Shown piece by piece: positions 18,070-25,798 of a stretch of DNA of 46,026 bases. The first letter of the stretch is position 1; each line of letters opens with the position of its first letter. The stretch is from positions 1 through 46,026 of the forward strand of contig CADBLC010000002.1 in NCBI GenBank assembly GCA_902795385.1, in the 5' to 3' direction. The translations under genes were made by a program, and so were the position numbers. The stretch comes from Fibrobacter succinogenes (GTDB lineage: Bacteria > Fibrobacterota > Fibrobacteria > Fibrobacterales > Fibrobacteraceae). The notes beneath the pieces were generated by a model. The model had not been told where the DNA came from and did not search any database. It worked only from the letters and a program-made list of their open reading frames with translations.

Positions 18070-18161
18070 GAGGGCGATTGCCCATGCCGGATTACAGGAA
18101 ATTCTCCAATGTCTAGAAACGGGTGCTGATTTTTCATGGGAAATAGTTCCGCAAATTAAAG

Positions 18162-18201
18162 AAAAACCGCAAAATATGCAAAAATAATTCCTAGAAAGAG
18201 G
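18162..18201 (+). repeat. Direct repeat, copy 2
   Basis: Matches 10941-10978. Confidence 0.8.
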
Positions 18202-18283
18202 ACGTTCGGTATTATTTCTTGATGGAGCCGAAGATTTGACTAAAATTGACGAAATTTGCATGAAATCGGCAATTTTACACTTT

Positions 18284-18377
18284 TTCGGTTGGAAAAGTGC
18301 GCTTTTGATGCACCAATTCAGTTGAAAAAGTGCGTTAACGCGTTGACAATTCGGTTGGAAAAGTGTAGCTTTGGGAT
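18284..18377 (+). promoter_or_regulatory. Sigma70 promoter (probably leaderless) overlapped by three 33-bp-periodic direct repeats
   Basis: TTC(G/A)GTTG(G/A)AAAAGTG at 18284, 18317 and 18350; TTGACA(18343)-N17-TAGCTT(18366)-N6-ATG. Confidence 0.7.
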
Positions 18378-19715
18378 ATGTTCAAGAGAAAAATCCTTAA
18401 AGAATTTGAAAATTGGAAGATCTCGGGGGGCAAAAAGAAGGCCCTGGTTGTCAAGGGGATGCGCCAAATTGGCAAGACATCCAGTGTCCTGGAATTCGCC
18501 CGTAGCCACTACGAGAGCGTCGTCTATATCAACTTTAAGGAAAACGAAAATGCGAAGAAGGTCTTCGAGGGAGACCTGAACGTGGGCAGGATTACCATAG
18601 ATCTTTCGGCACTCTTTCCCAACGCGCATTTTGTCGAAAACAAGACCGTCATCATCTTCGATGAAATTCAGGAATGTGCAAACGCCCGCGCAAGCATCAA
18701 GCCTTTTATGGAAGACGGTCGCTACGATGTCATCTGTACTGGATCCCTGCTTGGTATTAAGGGGTACAACCGTAAAAAGGGAAAAGGCGTCCCAACCGGT
18801 TTTGAAAGAATAATTTATATGAAACCCATGGATTTCGAGGAATTTCTGTGGGCAAAGGGCATAGGTGAAAAAGTCGTTGATTATTTGAAGGAATGCTTCG
18901 CGAAAAAGGAACCTGTAAGCGAGGCGACGCATAACGCCATGCTCCGCTATTTCAAGGAATACCTTTGTGTAGGCGGGCTCCCTTATGTCGTTTCTCGATT
19001 TGTCGAGACGAACGACATGAATGTCGTTTGGCAGGAACAGCAGGACATTCTTGAAGAATACAAGGATGACTTTGGCAAGCACCTTGACGAGAACGAAAAC
19101 GAGGAAATCGACCGTACGCTTCTTGGCCGCATCAATCGCGTTTTTGATTCAATTCCCGCCCAACTTGCGAAGGAAAACAACAAGTTTGTCTATTCGCAAC
19201 TAGAAAAGAAAGGTCGTTCCGAAAATTACCAAACCGCAATCCAATGGCTCTACGACTGCGGCATAATCAACATTTGCCACAACCTGACCAACATCGCAGA
19301 ACCTCTTGACGGCTACAAAATCGAAAACACCTTTAAAATTTATGTGCAGGATTCCGGCCTGTTTGTCGCCATGCTGGAACGTGGCTCCGCAGCCAAGATT
19401 CTAAGCGGTGATCTGGGATTCTATAAAGGTGCCATCTACGAGAACATCATCGCAGATTGTTTTTCTAAACAAGGCCGCAAGCTGTTCTACTTCCGCAAAG
19501 ATACGGGGCTAGAAATTGACTTTGTAGAAAATATCGGCGACGAACTCGCCATTATTGAAGTCAAGGCAACAACGGGACGCTCCAAGTCGGCAAAGACCGT
19601 TTTGAATAACGATAACTACGCCGCCAAGGTTTGCTACAAGCTTTCCGAAAACAACATAGGTGTTGCTGGCAAGATGGTTACACTGCCGTACTACATGGCA
19701 ATGTTCTTGGAATGA
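18378..19715 (+). CDS. AAA_14 ATPase with C-terminal DUF4143 domain
   Basis: GMRQIGKT, IIFDEIQ, TGSLLG, PMDFEEF, GGLP, K.Y..DSG and EIDF...IEVK. Confidence 0.92.
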   Translation: MFKRKILKEFENWKISGGKKKALVVKGMRQIGKTSSVLEFARSHYESVVYINFKENENAKKVFEGDLNVGRITIDLSALFPNAHFVENKTVIIFDEIQECANARASIKPFMEDGRYDVICTGSLLGIKGYNRKKGKGVPTGFERIIYMKPMDFEEFLWAKGIGEKVVDYLKECFAKKEPVSEATHNAMLRYFKEYLCVGGLPYVVSRFVETNDMNVVWQEQQDILEEYKDDFGKHLDENENEEIDRTLLGRINRVFDSIPAQLAKENNKFVYSQLEKKGRSENYQTAIQWLYDCGIINICHNLTNIAEPLDGYKIENTFKIYVQDSGLFVAMLERGSAAKILSGDLGFYKGAIYENIIADCFSKQGRKLFYFRKDTGLEIDFVENIGDELAIIEVKATTGRSKSAKTVLNNDNYAAKVCYKLSENNIGVAGKMVTLPYYMAMFLE

Positions 19716-19726
19716 TTTTTAAACTG

Positions 19727-19815
19727 GTAGGGGAAAGCCTTCCCCTCGCTCGCACTATATTGCTCGCTACCCTTTCGAGCGGGGGCATCATGCGCCGGCC
19801 CGCAACGCCTGGGCT
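19727..19815 (-). repeat. ~90-bp dispersed repeat, left inverted copy
   Basis: Its reverse complement AGCCCAGGCGTTGCGGGCCGGCGCATGA...GAGCGAGGGGAAGGCTTTCCCC aligns with 23984-24081. Confidence 0.8.
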
Positions 19816-21929
19816 TACTCAAAGCTCTTCAAAAAGGCTTCCTCAGAAAGTGTCGTTTCGTCGCCATTGATAAATCTTGTGATTTGCCATTTATCATCCT
19901 TCAATACTGGCAGATAGAAAATATGCCCTGTTACCTCGGAACAATACTGATAACAAAGTTTTAATGCTCGAATTTTTTCTTTGTATTCTTCCGTGTCAAA
20001 CGAAGCTTTATTGGATACGTTGACACTCTTGACCTCAAAAAGGTGGATTTGTCCTTTATCATCTTTTAGGACGAAGTCGGGGTAAGATTGATGTATTCCG
20101 TTCAAATAGTATTCGTAGCGCATCTCCGAGCCTGATAGAAAGTTTTTGCCCCAGAGTTTTTTACGCTCAGCGTATTTGCGTTCCGGTTCAGCGGTGTTAT
20201 CTGTTCTCATCTGGCCTGCCTGAACATTTCTCGCACCTGTTTCTTGTGTGGAAAAGTGGCCGGAGACATCTTTCAAGATAGATACCCATTCTTTTTCTGC
20301 ATTACTATCAAAAGAGAATTTTACCTGACCATCATTGCGTTTCCATACCCAATCAGTGATGCGTTCGCTATACGCTTCATCATCGAGATATTCCGACATG
20401 ATGGGGAAAGATACTTCGCGAGGGACTCCACCTTCCATATCGAGTTCCATGTTTTCCGCGTAATTGCAAATGTGATTGTTGTACTCTTTTTTTATTTCAT
20501 CGGAATTCTCTGCAAATTTCCACCATTTTTGAACGTCGTTTTTTGCATAATCATAGCAAAGGTCACTCACATCATTGCCGTTCCTTTGCAAATTGTTATA
20601 TAGTGTAAAAATGTCGGTATGTGCAATGTTTTCTTTTTTGGTATCCAAGAATTTTGCGATGTTAAACTTTTTCCGTTTGGTTGGAGGAACAAGATGTGTC
20701 GTCTTGACTTTTATTGCCTGAGGAATGTCGTTGATATCACCAAAAAGGCTTACTTGTCTTGTTTTCTTTCCATCTTTGGGTTTGATTCCCCAAATCCATG
20801 CAGTCAAAGCGAGTTTTTGAGCTTCTGGAGGAAGATCTTCAAAATCAAGTAACCTTGGATTACGACGAACTCGCCCCATCACCTGTTCATCCAGTTGTTT
20901 GCTTTGCGTGTCGCGTACCTGATAAAGCATGCACGCTCTTGGTATATCCCAACCTTCGCTGATAACCATCTTAAACACGATGATATCAATAAGCGAGTGT
21001 TTGTCCTTGGCGTAATCTTTCCAGCGGTCAACACCCAGTTTGCAGAGTTTGTCGTTGGTTTCACACTTAGCCTTTTTATCTACAATGGACATCCACTTTA
21101 AACCTTGAAATTCTGTTTCGTTCAAGATTCGCTTAATATTAGCCCATTCCTGTTCGGCCTTGTCCTTGTTTGAAATCTGGATAATCAGGCAAGGATTCAC
21201 TCCCAACAAGTTTCTGTACTGTTCCTTGATTTCTAGAAACTTTTTGATAGCGGTCTCTGGATGACGCCCTTGTTCAGCAAAATCTAAATCTTCTTCTTCA
21301 TTGAGTTCTACACGCTTGATTAACTTTACCTCTTCGGCCTCTTTGTCCGTAATATTTACATCGACATGCTGCTTGCGAGACAAATTGGGTGTGGCAGAAA
21401 AATTGATAACCTTTGTGAAAAAGGATTTTTTCAAGTCATCTAGATTATTTGTTGCCTGATGGCATTCGTCCTTAATGAGCCAAATTTTCTTGCAATTCCC
21501 CTTGCCGAAAAGCGGCAATGTCATCTGTTGCAAAAAATTCAGTAGAACTCCGCCGTCCTTCAATTTAGATTTGTCCTTATACAAATCGCGGGGCAGAACA
21601 TAGACATTGTAATCTTCAGGGATAAATAACTGTTCTTCGTTACTGGATTCCGAGGAAACCATGTAAGGATTTAAATTTGGAAAAATGTTCTCATCGGAAC
21701 ATTCCTTGAACTGGTTGTAGTTTTGCTCGGCAAGGTCTCCCTTGGAAAGGCTTGAAACAAGGAATACGACATCGCTATTTTTTGCGAGTATGCGATTCAT
21801 GAAGTCTGCCATCATACGAGTCTTGCCGCTTCCCGTGGGGGCCCGGAAGGTGACTTCATTTTTTTCGTTTACAATACGGACTAGTTCTGTGACTTTACTT
21901 TGCTGTAAGTCAATGGCTTCTTGCAACAT
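19815..21929 (-). CDS. res: Type III restriction endonuclease Res subunit
   Basis: APTGSGKT, DECH, SAT, EGWD.P, QVMGR.RR and C-terminal YPDF...FEVK nuclease; directly downstream of mod. Confidence 0.85.
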   Translation of the reverse strand: MLQEAIDLQQSKVTELVRIVNEKNEVTFRAPTGSGKTRMMADFMNRILAKNSDVVFLVSSLSKGDLAEQNYNQFKECSDENIFPNLNPYMVSSESSNEEQLFIPEDYNVYVLPRDLYKDKSKLKDGGVLLNFLQQMTLPLFGKGNCKKIWLIKDECHQATNNLDDLKKSFFTKVINFSATPNLSRKQHVDVNITDKEAEEVKLIKRVELNEEEDLDFAEQGRHPETAIKKFLEIKEQYRNLLGVNPCLIIQISNKDKAEQEWANIKRILNETEFQGLKWMSIVDKKAKCETNDKLCKLGVDRWKDYAKDKHSLIDIIVFKMVISEGWDIPRACMLYQVRDTQSKQLDEQVMGRVRRNPRLLDFEDLPPEAQKLALTAWIWGIKPKDGKKTRQVSLFGDINDIPQAIKVKTTHLVPPTKRKKFNIAKFLDTKKENIAHTDIFTLYNNLQRNGNDVSDLCYDYAKNDVQKWWKFAENSDEIKKEYNNHICNYAENMELDMEGGVPREVSFPIMSEYLDDEAYSERITDWVWKRNDGQVKFSFDSNAEKEWVSILKDVSGHFSTQETGARNVQAGQMRTDNTAEPERKYAERKKLWGKNFLSGSEMRYEYYLNGIHQSYPDFVLKDDKGQIHLFEVKSVNVSNKASFDTEEYKEKIRALKLCYQYCSEVTGHIFYLPVLKDDKWQITRFINGDETTLSEEAFLKSFE

Positions 21930-21941
21930 GACTGAGCCTCC

Positions 21942-23531
21942 TTACAGGTGTTTACGAGCGTTGGAAAATTTTTCGCAAACCCATTGGACTTTTTCTTTGA
22001 GCGACTTAAACTTTTCCTTGCCATACAAGGTTTCGTCAATGACATCAAAGGGAGTCTTGCCTTTGGACGTTTCGCTATCAAGGACCTTAGCGATCTCATA
22101 TACATCAAGGTTGCCACCATAGGGCTTGTTGTCATTGAGCCATGGGAAATCCTTGGATCCATCATAGCATTTGCCGGTCATAATGCGTTTCAGACGTTTT
22201 GAAGTCACATCGTAGGCAATGCCATTGGGGTTCTCGTTCGTCTTTTCATTTATTTGACAAAGGATGAATTGACGATTACCTTCGTCATTTTCGTTTAAGT
22301 CTAAGACAGCATGGCCTGTCGTGCCTGAACCAGCAAAGAAGTCGAGTACTATCGCATTTTTCTTGCAATTGGCCATTCTTAATATTTTGAAAATGTAATC
22401 AGTTGCTTTGGGATAACCAAACTTTTCTTTTGGAAGAATTGCTTTTACGAGAGAAGAGCCTGTCGAATTGTCTATGTCGTCAATCCATGAAGAATATAGT
22501 TTACTTGTTTCATCTTCTGGGTTTTCGTACAAGCGTTCATATGGAATATATTCCTCCCCCTTTTTTTTCACTTCTACCATTTTGTCCACGAAGGCTTCTT
22601 GCATTGTAGTTTTCCCCCAACGCCAACATCCCTCATTTTCCTTATCCAACATTGGAAAAATTTCTATTGAATTTTCTTCTTTATTCAAAGACAATTTATT
22701 CTTTTCAGAATTAAAATATATGGGGTAGAATAATTTCGGTCTATCAATTTTTCTGCTATTATCACCCCATTTTCTTAGCAACTGCAAATTATACCATAAC
22801 TTTTTATTTTCATCAAAGTACTTATATTTTTTTTCTATACCAACCTCTCCCGCCTTAAACATTTCAGGTTTATTGGCGTAACAAAGCAAATACTCATGAA
22901 CTATTGCGAAATATGTACTATCTTGCCTTCCCCCAGCTCCTTTCTTCGGAAAACATGTAATCATATTCTTTTCTTCAAATACTTCATCAAACAAACACTT
23001 TACATACGCCTGATTACGGTCGTCAATGGAGCAGAATATCACGCCACTCGGTGCAAGCAATTGTTTAGCAAGTTGCAATCTTGGATAAAGCATGGATAGC
23101 AGGTTGTCGCGAGTAATGGCGTTCTGATAATTTGTCTTGGCAAAGTCACCCATGTTGTCCTTACCATAGGGAGGATCAATATAGATGACGTCCACTTGTC
23201 CCCTGTACTGAATCAGAAGGTTCTGCAGGGCCTCATAGTTGTCTCCGATAATCAACTTGTGCGTAGGCTTGTTGTCGTCGGTGTGGAAACTGAGTTTCTG
23301 GTTTTTCTTGAAATACCGAATGTCGTTTGACATTTTTTCCAAACGGGGGTCAAAATGGAAACCGGTCTTTTTATAGGTCGTTCCCAACTCGGCAATCATC
23401 ATTGCCTCGTTGTCGTTTTCTGCATTGTTGATAAGTTTCTTTAATAATGCAGCGTTGGTTGGTTCCAGGATTTTGTCCGTCACGCGACGATCTAGTTCCT
23501 TTATCAACCCTTCTTTAATTTCGGTTCCCAT
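21942..23531 (-). CDS. mod: Type III R-M adenine methyltransferase Mod
   Basis: GDN, IYIDPPY, SIDD and LDFFAGSGTTGHA (beta-class order), with an AT-rich central TRD. Confidence 0.9.
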   Translation of the reverse strand: MGTEIKEGLIKELDRRVTDKILEPTNAALLKKLINNAENDNEAMMIAELGTTYKKTGFHFDPRLEKMSNDIRYFKKNQKLSFHTDDNKPTHKLIIGDNYEALQNLLIQYRGQVDVIYIDPPYGKDNMGDFAKTNYQNAITRDNLLSMLYPRLQLAKQLLAPSGVIFCSIDDRNQAYVKCLFDEVFEEKNMITCFPKKGAGGRQDSTYFAIVHEYLLCYANKPEMFKAGEVGIEKKYKYFDENKKLWYNLQLLRKWGDNSRKIDRPKLFYPIYFNSEKNKLSLNKEENSIEIFPMLDKENEGCWRWGKTTMQEAFVDKMVEVKKKGEEYIPYERLYENPEDETSKLYSSWIDDIDNSTGSSLVKAILPKEKFGYPKATDYIFKILRMANCKKNAIVLDFFAGSGTTGHAVLDLNENDEGNRQFILCQINEKTNENPNGIAYDVTSKRLKRIMTGKCYDGSKDFPWLNDNKPYGGNLDVYEIAKVLDSETSKGKTPFDVIDETLYGKEKFKSLKEKVQWVCEKFSNARKHL

Positions 23532-23589
23532 ATCTGCTCCTTGTATTAGTTCTTCGACACTTATTCAGGAGCGTGAAAACTTCAGCCAT

Positions 23590-23815
23590 ACAAAAAAAGG
23601 CGTGGAGTCGCTGCGCTTATCATCGCTGCGGGCTACCACACCCTTACCAATCAATAAGCACAAACGACCCACGCCCCAGATGGGACGTGAGCGTTCGTCT
23701 TATTCTCGATTGGTTTGAAAGTGGTAGTTTCAGCGATGAGAATAAGAGACGAATCTCAAAATTTCCGGTCGCTCCGAACCATTCGGTACGGGGCTATGTC
23801 AATGGGAAATATATA
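23590..23815 (-). ncRNA. Candidate structured 5' leader/attenuator of the mod-res operon
   Basis: ~120-nt rod hairpin at 23620-23739 with three G-U pairs that work only on the minus strand; alternative stem 23665-23675/23599-23610 followed by U7. Confidence 0.6.
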
Positions 23816-23830
23816 TAAAAAAGCGTGACA

Positions 23831-23978
23831 GTGATTGCCACGGGTTCTACGAACCCTCGCAATGACACGCGAGGCGAGTGCAGCAGAACCGCTTGCGAGT
23901 TCTATTGCCGAGCCGATGCTGTCATGCGCTCTGCGCAATGACAAGAAAAGGCGATGCGGGACACGCCCGGCATGACAA
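23831..23978. repeat. Mosaic of short REP-like hairpins ending in ATGACA
   Basis: GATTGCCACGGG...CCCTCGCAATGACA, TGTCATGCGC..GCGCAATGACA and GATGCGGG...CCCGGCATGACA; the 3' end matches the 27-bp REP-like element. Confidence 0.6.
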
Positions 23979-23983
23979 GAAAA

Positions 23984-24081
23984 AGCCGGGGTGTTACGGG
24001 CCGGCGTATGAGGGCCCGTTAGAAGGGGTTGCGGAAGACCCGGCGAGCCGGGGCTGGAGCGAGGGGGAGGCCTCCCCCTTC
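23984..24081 (+). repeat. ~95-bp dispersed repeat, right inverted copy
   Basis: AGCCGGGGTGTTACGGGCCGGCGTATGA...GAGCGAGGGGGAGGCCTCCCCC. Confidence 0.8.
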
Positions 24082-24093
24082 ACGAATATTTGT

Positions 24094-24195
24094 TATATTA
24101 CTCCTAGCACCAGAAAGGGTGTTATTAAGGATCGTTTCCGCGTAATGCGGGACGGTCCTTTTTTGTTTATAACGAGGTGAAAAATGAGGAAAAAT
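24094..24195 (+). ncRNA. Candidate small RNA/leader-terminator element, copy 2
   Basis: Homologous to 14104-14207; hairpin AAGGATCGTTTCCGC-GTAAT-GCGGGACGGTCCTT followed by a U-tract. Confidence 0.5.
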
Positions 24196-24540
24196 ACTGA
24201 AATGGCGCCCCCCGAACTCGTCGGGGGTGACAATCGGGGCGAAATCGTGCTCTATCAGCCGGAGGGGGAAATCCGGCTGGAGGTGCGCGTCGAGAACGAG
24301 ACGGCAACTAGTTCCATTTTGGAACTAGTTCAAAAAGAAGGAAAACGCCTGGTCAAACGCCCGGTTACGCTATACAATCTAGATATGATAATCTCCGTAG
24401 GGTTTCGCGTCAATACACAGCGTGGCATTAGATTCCGACGCTGGGCGAACCAAGTCCTGAAAGATTATATGCTAAAGGGCTGTGCTATTCGCCAGCGCAA
24501 AATAACAACCGACTTGGAGATTGTGGACCGTCTATGTTAA
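24184..24540 (+). pseudogene. rhuM: RhuM-family remnant, internally deleted and truncated
   Basis: GEIVLYQP...LEVRVENET and YNLDMIISVGFRV...G..FRRWA..VLKDY..KG are present, but the usual WLTQ..MAELF helix-turn-helix segment is missing and the ORF stops early. Confidence 0.8.
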
Positions 24541-24582
24541 CAGTAATTTAAATAGAAATGAGGGAAAAAACAAATAAAACTA

Positions 24583-24614
24583 TGCGACGCTATTTGTCAT
24601 GTTTTATATATATT
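24583..24614 (+). promoter_or_regulatory. WYL box 6 in the WYL gene's own promoter
   Basis: TGCGACG-CTATT-TGTCA; TATATT lies 9 nt after it, not 11. Confidence 0.65.
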
Positions 24615-24641
24615 TAATGGAGAACAAACCCAGGAGTATAT

Positions 24642-25658
24642 ATGGCAGACATGACCCGCGGCGAAAGGACGGTGCAGCTCTTTGCGAAGGTGATTTCGAA
24701 CCCAGACAAGAAATTCACCGTGAGCGACCTGATGGCATCCTTCAACATTCCCGACGAGGAACGCCGCAACGTCCAGCGCGACATGCGGTTCCTTGCGGAG
24801 ATGGATGGCGGCCGCTACATTGCAGTCGAGAACGAGGGGCGCACCGCCGTTTACCGCTCGGCGCTGCACAATGCCGAGAGACTCCTGTTCCCGAATTTCG
24901 AGAATACGATGCTGCATTTCGTGTTCCTGAAGCGCATCGCGAACATCTACCCCGCGACTAGCGAGATAATCACGCAGCTCCTGGAACGCATCGAGAAGAG
25001 CCTGCCCGCCCGCGAACAGAAATCGCTGCGGCAACTCGGTGGCGACCTGAACACGAAAATCCTCTTCATGGGCACGCCGCCTTCGTTCGAGGAAGACGCG
25101 AGCGAAAAGATTCGCCTTATTCTGCAGGCCATCCACGACCACCGCAAAATCGAGGTGACCTACCGCGATACCGCCAATTCCGAGAAGGTGTCCAAGCGCA
25201 TCCCGCTGATGATTATCATCTACGAAGGGGAACTCTACGTGGGCTGCGAATCCGAGAAGTACACGGATTCCACGTACACGCTCAAATTCAGGCGAATCAA
25301 GAGCGTCAAGCTCACGAAGGAAACCTTCGTGGAAAAGCCGAAGGTGCTCGACAAGCTGCGCAGGCAGGTGACTTCGGACGCGGCGTTCATGAGCGGCCAG
25401 GAGCCCAAGCTGGAGGAAGTTGAAATCGAGTTCAAGAGCCAGGCGCTACTCTACCTCGAGGAGAATCCGTTCAACCGCTCCATGAAAATCGGCAAGGCGA
25501 AGAACGGCATGATCAACGTGAAGCTGAAGGCGGAAATCAATCAGATGCTATTCAACTGGGTCGTTTCGTTCTCAAACGTCGCGCGTGTGATAAAGCCCGC
25601 CTCGCTGCGTAGGCGCCTCAAGGATTTCGCGGAATACCTGACGGAAACGTACAGGTAA
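24642..25658 (+). CDS. wHTH-WYL-WCX transcriptional regulator (DriD/PafBC/BrxR class)
   Basis: N-terminal HTH RRNVQRDM; AI.DHRKIEVTY, P..I...GELYV, TLKFRRIKSV; C-terminal ARVIKPASLR; SD AGGAG. Confidence 0.9.
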   Translation: MADMTRGERTVQLFAKVISNPDKKFTVSDLMASFNIPDEERRNVQRDMRFLAEMDGGRYIAVENEGRTAVYRSALHNAERLLFPNFENTMLHFVFLKRIANIYPATSEIITQLLERIEKSLPAREQKSLRQLGGDLNTKILFMGTPPSFEEDASEKIRLILQAIHDHRKIEVTYRDTANSEKVSKRIPLMIIIYEGELYVGCESEKYTDSTYTLKFRRIKSVKLTKETFVEKPKVLDKLRRQVTSDAAFMSGQEPKLEEVEIEFKSQALLYLEENPFNRSMKIGKAKNGMINVKLKAEINQMLFNWVVSFSNVARVIKPASLRRRLKDFAEYLTETYR

Positions 25659-25695
25659 AAACCGCCCGAATTTCGCCATTTTAAACTTCTTAGGC

Positions 25696-25730
25696 AAGCG
25701 ACAGTATTTGTCGCTTATCCTTCCTATATT
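25696..25730 (+). promoter_or_regulatory. WYL box 7 plus -10
   Basis: AAGCGACA-GTATT-TGTCGCTT; TATATT lies 11 nt after TGTCG. Confidence 0.85.
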
Positions 25731-25798
25731 TAAAATATCTTCTTTACATTTTTGATGAAAATGACGATATATAGGTATATCGCAAATGAGGGTGTCTT

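Noticed and set aside
18066-18140. Short minus-strand ORF MKNQHPFLDIGEFPVIRHGQSPS
   Set aside because: 23 codons, no recognisable homology; at most a gene remnant.
18284-18368. 33-bp periodic repeats as a mini CRISPR array
   Set aside because: Only three ~16-18-bp repeats with ~15-bp gaps, overlapping a promoter, and no cas genes.
22555-22570. Phase-variable tract in mod
   Set aside because: Only an A8 run followed by G5 (minus strand) in an AT-rich region, in frame; no long simple repeat.
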